Shown here: positions 1-9,620 of the stretch, piece by piece
Layout of the letters: every line of letters starts with the position of its first letter
Numbering within the stretch: position 1 is the first letter of the stretch
NCBI GenBank assembly: GCA_021796115.1
Contig: JAJYOP010000007.1
Location: forward strand, 6,867 to 70,866
DNA length: 64,000 nt
Direction of reading: 5' to 3'
DNA from: a bacterium
GTDB taxonomy: Bacteria > Omnitrophota > Gorgyraeia > Duberdicusellales > 4484-171
The notes under the pieces: generated by a model
Told to the model about the DNA's origin: nothing
What the model saw: the letters and a program-made list of their open reading frames with translations, nothing else
The model's database searches: none
Translations under genes and position numbers: made by a program

Positions 1-1
1 C

Positions 2-202
2 CGCAACTATTATTATAACCAAGGTATTTTTTCCAAGAATGGAAAAGAAATGCTTATACCGGAAGGGAAATATTTTTTTCTTGGCGATAACAGTATAAAT
101 TCACAGGATAGCCGGTATTGGGGCTTTGTTGACGAAAAAGATATAGTGGGTAAAGCAATATTTATCTGGTGGCCACCAAAAAGAGTAGGAATAATTGAAT
201 GA
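2..202 (+). CDS. lepB: signal peptidase I, C-terminal fragment (5' end outside window)
   Basis: Frame 2 reads ...[45 protein letters not shown], the conserved GDN-x-S-x-DSRYWG box of type I signal peptidases; TGA 200-202 overlaps next ATG (199). Confidence 0.85.
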   Translation, partial: RNYYYNQGIFSKNGKEMLIPEGKYFFLGDNSINSQDSRYWGFVDEKDIVGKAIFIWWPPKRVGIIE

Positions 203-786
203 GCCTTGCCGATAAATTAACCATTCTTAGATTTATCCTTATCCCGGTCTTTGTCTCGCTTCTTTTTTACTTCGATGCAAATCATACCTATCTAAGATAC
301 ATACTTTTACTTGTTTTCGGAGTGGCAGTGCTTACGGATTTCTTCGATGGCCTGGCAGCCCGCATAAGAAAAGAAAAATCAGAAATCGGCCAAGTTATTG
401 ACCCATTAGCGGATAAATTGCTTTTACTCGCGGCTTTTATCGCTCTTTACGCATTAAGAATAAGACTGCCGGTAGTTAAAATACCTCTCTGGGTTGTTTT
501 GGTTATTGTAAGCCGCGACCTTCTCATTCTTCTTGGCGTAGGGATTCTTAATTTTCTGAAAATCGAAATTCCAATTGCCCCTTCTATGTGGGGCAAACTT
601 ACAACTTTTTTCCAGATGCTTACTGTTTTATGCGTTATCATGAATATTTCTTTTCTCGTTATGAATATTCCTTTTTGCAATATTATCTGGACCGCTGCAG
701 TAATTTTTACTCTTATTTCCGGTATAGGATATTTTGCAAGAGGAGTTAAATCTATAAACGCTAAAATCAATCCTACTCCTAAATAG
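199..786 (+). CDS. pgsA: CDP-alcohol phosphatidyltransferase (phosphatidylglycerophosphate synthase-like)
   Basis: 195 aa polytopic membrane protein; signature DG-x2-AR-x8-G-x3-D-x3-D present as [23 protein letters not shown]. Confidence 0.85.
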   Translation: MSLADKLTILRFILIPVFVSLLFYFDANHTYLRYILLLVFGVAVLTDFFDGLAARIRKEKSEIGQVIDPLADKLLLLAAFIALYALRIRLPVVKIPLWVVLVIVSRDLLILLGVGILNFLKIEIPIAPSMWGKLTTFFQMLTVLCVIMNISFLVMNIPFCNIIWTAAVIFTLISGIGYFARGVKSINAKINPTPK

Positions 787-807
787 TCAAGTCTTTTAAC
801 TAATCTC

Positions 808-1416
808 ATGCAAAAAATAATCCTTTTATTTTTAAGTTATCTCATCGGCAGCGTACCCTTTGGCCTGGTCATCGCCTACCTTGTAAAAGGTATAGATATA
901 AGAAAATTCGGTTCAGGCAACATTGGCGCAACCAATGTTCTTCGGGTGGTTGGGAAGAAGTGGGGATATCTGGTTTTTATTCTAGATTTTTTAAAAGGAT
1001 TTTTTCCGCCATTTGCCGCAAAGTTTTTCATCCAAACCAATAATTACACTTATATTCTTATTGCCATACTTCCTGTTTTGGGCCATATCTTTCCGATTTT
1101 TCTCAAATTTAAAGGCGGAAAAGGTGTCGCGACGAGTATCGGCGCTTTATGCGGCCTTAGCACTTTAAATAGTGTTTTCCCTAACTTATGGCTTGTTCTT
1201 TTAACATCATTAGGTATGTGGCTTATAGTTTTTTTTGTTTTCCGGTATGTTTCGCTGGCTTCTTTATTACTGGGGCTCTCTTTCTTCATTTTTTCTATTA
1301 TTTTTGCCCTGCCAAAAGAAATTAAAATTTTTTCTCTCATACTTTTTGTTTTCATTACGATAAGGCACCTGAAAAACATTAAAAATCTTTTCACCAAAAA
1401 AGAGCACCGGTTTTAG
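808..1416 (+). CDS. plsY: glycerol-3-phosphate acyltransferase PlsY
   Basis: 202 aa polytopic; PlsY motifs FGSGNIGATNVLR and KGGKGVATS. Confidence 0.9.
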   Translation: MQKIILLFLSYLIGSVPFGLVIAYLVKGIDIRKFGSGNIGATNVLRVVGKKWGYLVFILDFLKGFFPPFAAKFFIQTNNYTYILIAILPVLGHIFPIFLKFKGGKGVATSIGALCGLSTLNSVFPNLWLVLLTSLGMWLIVFFVFRYVSLASLLLGLSFFIFSIIFALPKEIKIFSLILFVFITIRHLKNIKNLFTKKEHRF

Positions 1417-1451
1417 CGGAAAAATGCATAATTGCAGCGGTCTTAAGGGGT

Positions 1452-1479
1452 TTGACACAAAGCAAACAAGAGGTATAAT
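1452..1479 (+). promoter_or_regulatory. sigma70-type promoter (TTGACA-N16-TATAAT), would give a ~300-nt recA leader
   Basis: TTGACA 1452-1457, TATAAT 1474-1479, read directly; located 35 nt after plsY stop. Confidence 0.55.
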
Positions 1480-1786
1480 CCTATGTTATATAGGGTAATA
1501 TAATATTATGAAATTCCAAGCTCCAAGCACCAACCCTTCGACTCGTTTTCACTCATTCAGGGTTGTCCTGAGCGAAGCCGAAGGACAAATTTCAAACAAA
1601 TTACAAATCTCAAATTCCAATGACCAAAACTTTAAGTTTGAACGTTTGGTCATCGGATATTGTCCGCCACTGATATATTTTTATATGTGGGCGACTTCGC
1701 CTCTGGCAGAGAATTTGTTTGTGATTTGAAAGTTGGGATTTGGATTTTTTATTCGTGATTATGTGCATATAAAAAGGGAGGTAACG

Positions 1787-2830
1787 ATGGCTAAGGACAA
1801 AAACATAATGGACGCAAAAAAGAAGGCTTTGGAATTAGCACTTTCCCAAATAGAGAAACAATTCGGCAAGGGCGCAATCATGCGGCTGGGCGAAGGCATG
1901 AAGCTGGATGTTGAGGTGATTCCTACAGGGATAATTTCTTTAGATAAGGCACTTGGGGTGGGGGGGCTTCCTCGTGGAAGGATCATTGAAATCTTTGGTC
2001 CGGAAGCATCAGGGAAAACCACTCTTACTTTAAGTATTATTGCCCAGGCGCAAACGCAAAACGGCACAGCGGCATTTGTCGATGCAGAACACGCTTTTGA
2101 TCCTACTTACGCAAAAATTATCGGCGTAAAGCTTGAAGATCTTTTAGTTTCCCAGCCTGATACCGGCGAACAGGCGCTTGAAATTGTTGAAACACTCGTG
2201 CGTTCAAACGCCGTTGATTTAATCGTTGTTGATTCGGTAGCCGCTTTGGTTCCGCGCGCAGAAATAGAAGGCGAGATGGGGGAAGCCCAAATTGCGCTCC
2301 AGGCGCGTTTGATGAGCCAGGCATTAAGAAAACTTACTGCCGCAATCAGCAAATCAAAAACCTGTGTGGTCTTTATCAACCAACTACGGGAAAAAATCGG
2401 CGTCATGTTTGGCTCGCCAGAAACAACTCCCGGCGGCCGCGCGCTTAAATTTTATTCATCCGTGCGTATAGATTTAAGAAGAATTGCTACGGTTACCAGT
2501 GGCGAACAGGTAGTTGGTTCGCGCGTCCGGGCAAAAATAGTTAAAAATAAAGTTGCCGCTCCGTTTAAAGAGGCAATTTTTGAAATTATGCACACTGAAG
2601 GAGTTTCTAAAGTCGGCGCATTAATTGATGCCGCTCTTGAATGCGAACTAATAAAAAAATCAGGCAGCTGGTTCTCTTATAAAGATAAAAATCTTTCCCA
2701 GGGGAAGGAACAATTACGTGAGCTTCTAAAAACCGATGAAAATTTACGTAAAGAGATAGAGGAGGAGCTGAATAAGGTAATCTACCCTGAAAGCAACAAG
2801 TCAAATGAGGCAGCAACTTTTCAAGCTTAA
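1787..2830 (+). CDS. recA: recombinase RecA
   Basis: Start moved to ATG 1787 behind AAAGGGAGG (track ORF starts 1733); Walker [10 protein letters not shown], typical RecA blocks [45 protein letters not shown]. Confidence 0.97.
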   Translation: MAKDKNIMDAKKKALELALSQIEKQFGKGAIMRLGEGMKLDVEVIPTGIISLDKALGVGGLPRGRIIEIFGPEASGKTTLTLSIIAQAQTQNGTAAFVDAEHAFDPTYAKIIGVKLEDLLVSQPDTGEQALEIVETLVRSNAVDLIVVDSVAALVPRAEIEGEMGEAQIALQARLMSQALRKLTAAISKSKTCVVFINQLREKIGVMFGSPETTPGGRALKFYSSVRIDLRRIATVTSGEQVVGSRVRAKIVKNKVAAPFKEAIFEIMHTEGVSKVGALIDAALECELIKKSGSWFSYKDKNLSQGKEQLRELLKTDENLRKEIEEELNKVIYPESNKSNEAATFQA

Positions 2831-2856
2831 AAAGGCGTAGAAAAGTTACGTAGCCA

Positions 2857-2973
2857 AATTTAACCCAGCACTTATTTTTGAAAGTATGTCTGAAAAAGTT
2901 CAAAAAATATTTTGGTATAACTTTTTAGTATTTAAAGATAATAACGTTACAAAAATAAGTGCTGGGTTAAATT
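2857..2973. repeat. 24-bp perfect inverted repeat with 69-nt spacer between recA and htrA
   Basis: AATTTAACCCAGCACTTATTTTTG (2857-2880) is the exact reverse complement of CAAAAATAAGTGCTGGGTTAAATT (2950-2973). Confidence 0.9.
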
Positions 2974-3037
2974 CGATTACGCATTTTTTCGGTGCTGTTG
3001 CTTGAAAAAATGCTATCTCATTAAAGGAGGTAGCCGC

Positions 3038-4456
3038 ATGAAACGCACAATACTTATATTTATTGCTTTGCTTGGTTTTTGCTCGGTAGCGTATCCGGAA
3101 ACGCATACAAACCTGGAAGACGCAATAGTTAAAGTTGCCGCAAATAGCGGGAAATCTGTAGTTTCCATAAGCAGTGTGGTAAAAGAAAAAATTGGTGTCA
3201 GGTTCGGCCAGCCTGCGCCTTTTGGTGAATTCAATGATGATTCTTTTCATAAATTTTTTGAAGAATTCTTCGGCGGTTCGCCTAACATGGAGCTTAAACG
3301 CATGGGCCTCGGAAGCGGCGTAATAATCGATAAAAACGGATATATTCTCACGAACGAACATGTCATATCCGGCGCATCAGAGGTTAAAGTTAAACTGTCA
3401 GACGGAAGAGAATTTGATGCGCAAGTTGTAGGTTCGGACAAAAGAACGGATTTAGCAGTTATAAAAATAGATGCTGCGAATCTTCCCGTTGCAAAGCTTG
3501 GCGATTCCGATAACCTGAAAATTGGCAAATGGGTAGTCGCCATAGGAAACCCTTTTGGCTTTGCCATCGAAAACCCCGAGCCGACAGTTACGGTAGGCGT
3601 AATAAGCGCCCTTCACCGTTACATTCCTGCCTTGGGGAGAAGAGAGAGAAGCTATGATGAGCTTATCCAAACCGATGCAGCGATAAATCCCGGAAATTCC
3701 GGCGGCCCCTTGGTTAACCTTGACGGCGAAGTTATCGGAATAAATACCGCGATAATTTCTGTTTCCGGAGGTTACCAGGGTTTAGGTTTTGCTATACCCA
3801 TCAATAAAGTAAAAAGAGTGCTTGATAAATTAATGAAGGGCGAAAAAGTTACTTATGGCTGGCTGGGCATAAACATCCAGGATTTAAATGAGGATTTAAG
3901 AAGTTATTTCGGCATAAAAGAAGCAACCGGTATAATTGTCGTAAAGGTCTATAGCGGTTCACCCGCAGAGAAAGCCGGCATAAAAGAAGGGGATCTTATT
4001 CTGGCATTTGATAATCAGCCGGTCAAAGCGTCAAGAGACCTAATCCGCATGGTTGCTTCCTATGAAGTCGGCGCTGAAGTGCCGATAAAAATCGTACGCG
4101 ACAAGAAAGAAATTAATCTCAAGGTAAAAATCGGCGAAGGTCCGAAAGATTTAAGTAAATTAGAAGAGTCACAAGCCCAAAAAAAGCGCACGACTTTTAG
4201 AGGTATTGCGGTAGATGATATCACGCCTGTGCTTAAGCAAAGATTCAGATTAAAAGAAGACGAAGGCGTAATTGTAACTTACATCGAAGATAATTCTCTT
4301 GCTGACAAGAGCACTTTAAGCGTTGGAGATGTAATCAGTAAGGTAAACGGCAAAGAAGTTAAAAACAAAGAACAATTTATTTACGAAATCTCGAAAATAA
4401 AAGGAAGCTGGCTTTTAAAAACCAACAGGGGTTTCGTTGTCATTAAAGAAAAATGA
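3038..4456 (+). CDS. htrA: periplasmic serine endoprotease DegP/HtrA family with PDZ domains
   Basis: Start at ATG 3038 behind AAAGGAGG; signal peptide MKRTILIFIALLGFCSVA; trypsin-like triad contexts TNEHV, DLAVIK, GNSGGPL; two PDZ-like C-terminal segments. Confidence 0.9.
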   Translation: MKRTILIFIALLGFCSVAYPETHTNLEDAIVKVAANSGKSVVSISSVVKEKIGVRFGQPAPFGEFNDDSFHKFFEEFFGGSPNMELKRMGLGSGVIIDKNGYILTNEHVISGASEVKVKLSDGREFDAQVVGSDKRTDLAVIKIDAANLPVAKLGDSDNLKIGKWVVAIGNPFGFAIENPEPTVTVGVISALHRYIPALGRRERSYDELIQTDAAINPGNSGGPLVNLDGEVIGINTAIISVSGGYQGLGFAIPINKVKRVLDKLMKGEKVTYGWLGINIQDLNEDLRSYFGIKEATGIIVVKVYSGSPAEKAGIKEGDLILAFDNQPVKASRDLIRMVASYEVGAEVPIKIVRDKKEINLKVKIGEGPKDLSKLEESQAQKKRTTFRGIAVDDITPVLKQRFRLKEDEGVIVTYIEDNSLADKSTLSVGDVISKVNGKEVKNKEQFIYEISKIKGSWLLKTNRGFVVIKEK

Positions 4457-4463
4457 CGAATTC

Positions 4464-4566
4464 CTAATGACAAATGGCTAATTAATGCCGAATTCTCAAA
4501 TGTCTAAATAAATGTTTAGGCCTTAGGCATTTAAACATTAATTAGGCATTCGGAATTTGTCATTAG
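4464..4566. repeat. imperfect long palindrome built from words GACAAAT/ATTTGTC and AATGCC/GGCATT
   Basis: CTAATGACAAAT (4464-4475) pairs exactly with ATTTGTCATTAG (4555-4566); inner arms carry TAATGCCGAAT versus AGGCATTCGGAAT. Confidence 0.7.
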
Positions 4567-4582
4567 TCATTCAAGAAAAGAA

Positions 4583-5050
4583 GTGCAAGATTATAATAAA
4601 GCTTTAAACTATTCATATCTTCTTTTAAAATATAGGCTCAGAAGCAGGCATGAGATTATTGAACGTTTAGGCAAAAAGAACTACCCCTCTTCAATTATAG
4701 ATAAGGTTTTGAGTTCTTTAGAGAATGACAATTATATAAATGACGAAGAATTTTCCCGTCTGTTTGTTTCTTCTTGCCGCGCGAAGGGCTGGGGAAGAAA
4801 AAAAATAGATTACGCGCTAAAACGTTTAGGCGTGGCCGAAAATTACCGGCGAGAGGCGTTAAAAGATAAACAAGTTTTTAAAGAAGAGCTTAAAGAGCTA
4901 ATTGCAAAAAAACTTCCCCGCTACAAGCAAGGGAAAAATGCTTACCAGAGAATGATAAAATATTTAGCGGCAAGAGGCTTTGATTACAGCGATATAATAA
5001 AGGAGCTAGAGAATCTAGATTTTACGAGGTTCGATAATTACAGCGATTAA
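4583..5050 (+). CDS. recX: recombination regulator RecX
   Basis: GTG start; 155 aa helical-repeat protein (..YLLLKYRLRSRHEIIERL..INDEEFSRLFV..); classical position between recA and alaS. Confidence 0.8.
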   Translation: MQDYNKALNYSYLLLKYRLRSRHEIIERLGKKNYPSSIIDKVLSSLENDNYINDEEFSRLFVSSCRAKGWGRKKIDYALKRLGVAENYRREALKDKQVFKEELKELIAKKLPRYKQGKNAYQRMIKYLAARGFDYSDIIKELENLDFTRFDNYSD

Positions 5051-5059
5051 ATTATCGAA

Positions 5060-7699
5060 ATGAAATCCAACGAGTTACGCAAAAAATATTTAAAATTTTT
5101 CGCGAAGAAAAATCACAAGATTTTTCCTTCAGACAGCCTTATCCCTGACGATCCAAGCGTGCTTTTTACGCCGGCAGGGATGAATCAATTTAAATCCTAC
5201 TTTTTGGGCGAAAAGACCGATGTTAAGCGGGTAACATCTTCCCAGAAATGCCTGCGCGCCGGCGACCTTGATGAAGTCGGCCGCACGCCGTACCATCACA
5301 CTTTTTTTGAAATGCTCGGGAATTTTTCTTTCGGCGATTATTTTAAACGGGAAGCCATCCAATTTGCCTGGGAATTCCTGTCTTGCGAATTAAACATGAA
5401 GGAAAAGGATATTTGGATTTCCGTTTACAAGGATGATAATGAAGCGTATACGATATGGAAAAATGAAATTGGCATACCGGCACAAAAAATAGTAAAACTT
5501 GGCGAAGATAAAAATTTCTGGCCGGCAAACGCACCGACAAACGGCCCCGATGGCCCTTGCGGTCCATGCTCAGAAATATTTTTTGACCGAGGCTCTAGCG
5601 TTGGCTGCGGTAAGTCTACCTGTAGCCCAGCCTGCGGCTGCCCGCGTTTTGTTGAATTCTGGAACCTGGTTTTTACCCAGTTTAACCGCCAGGGTGTAAA
5701 TAATTTAAAACCATTGCCGCAGAAAAATATCGATACTGGCATGGGCCTTGAGAGAATGGCTGCGATATTACAGGGTAAAGTTTCGAATTTTGAAATCGAC
5801 ATCCTTGAACCGGCAGTTACCTTTGTTGTAAAATTTCTTAAAGCAGATATCAGTAACCCCAGAGATAAAAGTTTCGTTAATGCCATAGTTGACCACGCAA
5901 GAGCTGCAACTTTTGCAATTTGTGACGGCGTTTATCCTTCAAATGAAGATCGAGGCTATGTTATCAGGAAAATTATCAGAAAAGCTTTGTACCATGCGCA
6001 TATTTTAGCCAAGAAAGAAGCGTTTTTATATAGAATGGTGGAATTATATGCCGAACTCATGCAGGAACCATACCCTGAAATCGGCTCAAAGAAAAACGTA
6101 ATTGCCAAAGTCATACGCACAGAAGAAGATAAATTCATTTCTAGTTTAAAAGATGCTGAATCGCAATTTTTCCTGATTGCCAAAAATCTGGAAAAAAATA
6201 AGAGCGATACGGTTCTAGCAGGGGATGTATTTAAATTGTATGACACTTATGGCCTTCCGCTTGAGCTGACCAAAGAAATGGCAGCAAGATCTTTGCTTAA
6301 AATTGATGAAAACGGGTTCAAAAAACTTCTTAGCATTCAGCAAGAGCGTTCAAGAAAAAGCAGTATGTTTGACGAAAATATATTTAAGGCAGAGGGTATA
6401 ATTTTTAAAGAAACAACGGAATTTACAGGTTATGGCGAAAGCGAGATTAAAACGAAAATCCTGCATATGGTAAAGCTTGAGGCGGACAATGTTTCAAAGA
6501 GCGCCGAAGTAAAAGAGTTAGACACCGGCGAAGAGGGGGTAATTGTTTTAGATAAAACATGTTTTTATCCGGAAGGTGGCGGCCAATTAACCGATAAAGG
6601 GAAGATTTCTACGAAAGACGGAGAATTTTTAGTCGATAAAGTTTTTCGCAGCGCGCACGCTATCCTTCATAAAGGGAAAGTTACCAGAGGAAAAATTTCT
6701 AAAACCACAGTTCACGGTTCGATAGATTTACAAAGGCGCCAGGCATTGAAAAGAGCGCACACAGCTACGCATCTGCTTCAGGCTGCCCTGCGCAAAGTCC
6801 TCGGCGAGCATGTTATGCAGCAAGGCTCATTAGTTGATGAAGACCGTCTTCGTTTTGACTTTACTCATTTTAAGGCGCTTGCTGAAGAGGAATTAAAACG
6901 CGTGGAAGATATTGTTAACGGGTTTGTGCTTGATTCAGACAAGATAATTAAGGAAGAACTTTCTTACAAAGAGGCAAAATCCCGCGGTGCGCTTGCATTT
7001 TTTAAGGATAAATATAAAGATACCGTCCGCGTAGTTTCTATAGGAAGTTACAGCAAAGAGCTCTGTGGCGGCACACACCTTGATTTGACTTCCGAGGCAG
7101 GTACGTTCATGATAGTTAGCGAGTCGTCAATTGCCAGCGGCATAAGAAGAATTGAGGCAATAACCGGAAAAAAGGCTTACGAAAAAATTAAGGAATATAA
7201 AAATATTCTTTTGAATTTATCTGAAAAGGTAAAATGTCCTGTCGAAGAACTCATAAATTACTTTGAAAAACAGGAAAAAGATTTAAAAGATGCCAGAGCG
7301 GCTCTTTCTCTTAACGAAAAGCAAAACATCTCAGCTAAACTTAAAGAGGCATTGCAATCCAAAAAAGAAATCAACGGGATAGACTATCTGGCTTATGAAT
7401 TGAAAAATACCAGCGGAACAGGGCTCATCGAAGCTTCGGATATATTAAGAAAAGAAATTCCGGAATTATTCATTCTGCTTATTTCTGAGGCTAACGGGAG
7501 AAATGTCTTTGTCTGTTCGGTAACCAAGGCCCTCCTTGAGAAGGATATCAGTGCCGCAAAATTCGTTTCCTCGTATAAAGACGAATTACAACTTCGGGGC
7601 GGTGGCAAAGACGCGCTTGTTCAGGGAGTCATAACTAACAGGCTAGAGGATTTTTTAGTAAAAGCGGAAAACTGTATCGTTAAATTTTTGACAAAATAA
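5060..7699 (+). CDS. alaS: alanine--tRNA ligase
   Basis: 879 aa; class II AlaRS N-terminal core (FTPAGMNQFK, RAGDLDEVG), editing-domain motifs HTATHLL and CGGTHL. Confidence 0.97.
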   Translation: MKSNELRKKYLKFFAKKNHKIFPSDSLIPDDPSVLFTPAGMNQFKSYFLGEKTDVKRVTSSQKCLRAGDLDEVGRTPYHHTFFEMLGNFSFGDYFKREAIQFAWEFLSCELNMKEKDIWISVYKDDNEAYTIWKNEIGIPAQKIVKLGEDKNFWPANAPTNGPDGPCGPCSEIFFDRGSSVGCGKSTCSPACGCPRFVEFWNLVFTQFNRQGVNNLKPLPQKNIDTGMGLERMAAILQGKVSNFEIDILEPAVTFVVKFLKADISNPRDKSFVNAIVDHARAATFAICDGVYPSNEDRGYVIRKIIRKALYHAHILAKKEAFLYRMVELYAELMQEPYPEIGSKKNVIAKVIRTEEDKFISSLKDAESQFFLIAKNLEKNKSDTVLAGDVFKLYDTYGLPLELTKEMAARSLLKIDENGFKKLLSIQQERSRKSSMFDENIFKAEGIIFKETTEFTGYGESEIKTKILHMVKLEADNVSKSAEVKELDTGEEGVIVLDKTCFYPEGGGQLTDKGKISTKDGEFLVDKVFRSAHAILHKGKVTRGKISKTTVHGSIDLQRRQALKRAHTATHLLQAALRKVLGEHVMQQGSLVDEDRLRFDFTHFKALAEEELKRVEDIVNGFVLDSDKIIKEELSYKEAKSRGALAFFKDKYKDTVRVVSIGSYSKELCGGTHLDLTSEAGTFMIVSESSIASGIRRIEAITGKKAYEKIKEYKNILLNLSEKVKCPVEELINYFEKQEKDLKDARAALSLNEKQNISAKLKEALQSKKEINGIDYLAYELKNTSGTGLIEASDILRKEIPELFILLISEANGRNVFVCSVTKALLEKDISAAKFVSSYKDELQLRGGGKDALVQGVITNRLEDFLVKAENCIVKFLTK

Positions 7700-7708
7700 A
7701 GATGTTAT

Positions 7709-7782
7709 CGCGGATGCAAACGAATGGTTACGGATGTCACGGATTAATCCGTTGAATCCGCTATAATCCGTATGAATCCGTG
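7709..7782. promoter_or_regulatory. phased CGGAT x4 / ATCCG x4 word array containing TATAAT, upstream of hisD
   Basis: CGGAT/CGAAT at 7711, 7721, 7731, 7740; ATCCG at 7747, 7756, 7766, 7776; TATAAT 7762-7767; hisD ATG 7801. Confidence 0.6.
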
Positions 7783-7800
7783 TTATAAAAAAATAAAGCT

Positions 7801-9024
7801 ATGAGAGTAGTAAGAAACATCGAAAGCCTGGAAAAAGCCTTGCTTAAAAAACGTAATTGCAAGGGTAATATTACCGAGAAGGTATCCAAAATAATTAAAG
7901 ATATCGAAACGCGCGGGGATGACGCGCTTTTAGAATACACAAAGAAGTTCGACAAGGTAAAATTACAGGCAAAAGAGTTAAGAGTGAGCGAATCAGAAAT
8001 CAGCGCCGCATTCAATGAGCTCGATTCCTCAATAATATCGTCATTTAAACTCGCGATAGATAATGTAACCAAATTCTATAAAAAAGAAGCGCCGCAATAC
8101 ATTAAGCGCATTAAAGAAAGTAACGGGAAGGTTTTGATAAACCGTTATGTGCCGCTTGAAAGAGTAGGGGTATATGTTCCGGCAGGAACCGCGCCGCTTA
8201 TTTCAACCGTTTACATGGCGGTGATACCGGCTTTAGTTGCGGGAGTAAAAGAAATAGTCTTAGTTTCGCCGTTACGGAAAGATAAAACCGTAAACCCATT
8301 CATACTTTCTGTGGCTTCACTTTTAAAAATAAAAGAAATTTACCGCATTGGAGGAGCTCAGGCTATAGCCGCGCTATCCTTTGGTACAAAAACCATAAAG
8401 CGCGTAGATAAAATAATCGGTCCGGGCAACGAATTTGTTACCGAAGCTAAACGCCAGCTTTTCGGCAAAGTTGATATTGATATGCTTGCCGGGCCGTCAG
8501 AAGTCGTAATTATTGCTTCAAGAGGAGCAAACGTTGACTATATCGCTGCAGATTTAGAAGCCCAGATAGAACACCATAAAGGCATGGGGGTTGTTGTTAC
8601 TAATTCAAAGAAAATCGCTAAAGAATTAAGTAAAAAGAAAATAAAAGGTTTTGTCGTAAGGGTAAAATATCTTGAAGAGGCCTGTGAGGTGGCGAATAGA
8701 ATCGCGCCGGAACATCTTGAAATTTTTACTAAAAAGCCATCAGGTATTTTAAGGAAGATTAGAAATGCCGGGGCAATATTCCTGGGAGAAAATACGCCAA
8801 CAGCGCTGGGTGATTATACTGCAGGGCCCAGCCATATTCTTCCTACAGGAGGAAGTTCGAGATTCTTTTCGTCGCTTTCAACGAAAGAATTCCTTAAAGA
8901 AATACATATAATCAGTTATACAAAAAAAGCTCTTCAGGAAGAAGCGCAGGTTTTAGAAAAGATCGCCTCGCTTGAAGGTATGACAAAACACATCGAAAGC
9001 GTTAAGAAAAGATTGATAAGCTGA
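7801..9024 (+). CDS. hisD: histidinol dehydrogenase
   Basis: 407 aa; HisD-typical blocks [46 protein letters not shown]. Confidence 0.95.
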   Translation: MRVVRNIESLEKALLKKRNCKGNITEKVSKIIKDIETRGDDALLEYTKKFDKVKLQAKELRVSESEISAAFNELDSSIISSFKLAIDNVTKFYKKEAPQYIKRIKESNGKVLINRYVPLERVGVYVPAGTAPLISTVYMAVIPALVAGVKEIVLVSPLRKDKTVNPFILSVASLLKIKEIYRIGGAQAIAALSFGTKTIKRVDKIIGPGNEFVTEAKRQLFGKVDIDMLAGPSEVVIIASRGANVDYIAADLEAQIEHHKGMGVVVTNSKKIAKELSKKKIKGFVVRVKYLEEACEVANRIAPEHLEIFTKKPSGILRKIRNAGAIFLGENTPTALGDYTAGPSHILPTGGSSRFFSSLSTKEFLKEIHIISYTKKALQEEAQVLEKIASLEGMTKHIESVKKRLIS

Positions 9025-9054
9025 TATTTTATAGATTTATAAGAGGAGCGGGCT

Positions 9055-9603
9055 ATGAAAAAAAGATCCATAGGTGTTACTATATTCGGCTGGTGGTGTA
9101 TTATTTGCGGAGCATTAGGAATTTTTAGCTTCCCCATAATATTACTGATGGCAAAATTGCCTCCAAGCTATATGTATCCGAATAATATTTTTATAGGACA
9201 GTGCTCGAATATTTTTTATATCCTCTATTTATCTATAGCCACCATTGCGAATTTAGTTGCCGGAATAGGCCTTCTTAAATTAAAATCGTGGGCAAGGAAA
9301 CTGGTAATCATTCTTTGCTTGGCAGGGATGGTGTACAGTATTTCCTTTTCCGTTAAAATGATGATGAACTCTTCGCAATTCATAGAGGCATCATTGTCAG
9401 CCAACGCCCTGCCGAAAAATAGTTCGCCAGGAACAATAGAAGCGATGAAAGCATTTATGCAAGTTATTCTCGTTGGTTCCATGGTTGTAGGGATATCAAT
9501 TGGCATAGGTTTCCTTATCTTTATTATCTGGTTTTTTAACCGCAAAAGCGTAGTAGAACAATTCGAAGTCGATAATAAAGTCTCAGCCATGGAACAGAAA
9601 TAA
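9055..9603 (+). CDS. hypothetical integral membrane protein inserted in the his cluster
   Basis: 182 aa, 4-5 predicted TM helices, RBS AGGAG upstream; no recognisable motif. Confidence 0.55.
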   Translation: MKKRSIGVTIFGWWCIICGALGIFSFPIILLMAKLPPSYMYPNNIFIGQCSNIFYILYLSIATIANLVAGIGLLKLKSWARKLVIILCLAGMVYSISFSVKMMMNSSQFIEASLSANALPKNSSPGTIEAMKAFMQVILVGSMVVGISIGIGFLIFIIWFFNRKSVVEQFEVDNKVSAMEQK

Positions 9604-9620
9604 TTTAATCAAGGAGAAAA

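Noticed and set aside
1640-1651. GAACGTTTGGTC upstream of recA as a LexA (Cheo-type GAAC-N4-GTTC) box
   Set aside because: The right half-site has one mismatch (GGTC). It lies 136 nt from the ATG and forms part of a hairpin arm. No lexA gene is available to support it, so the evidence is too weak.
1508-1729. 73-aa + strand ORF upstream of recA
   Set aside because: No RBS. The sequence is the translation of low-complexity word repeats (CAAAT, CCAAG) and hairpins. It is better explained as a leader or spacer.
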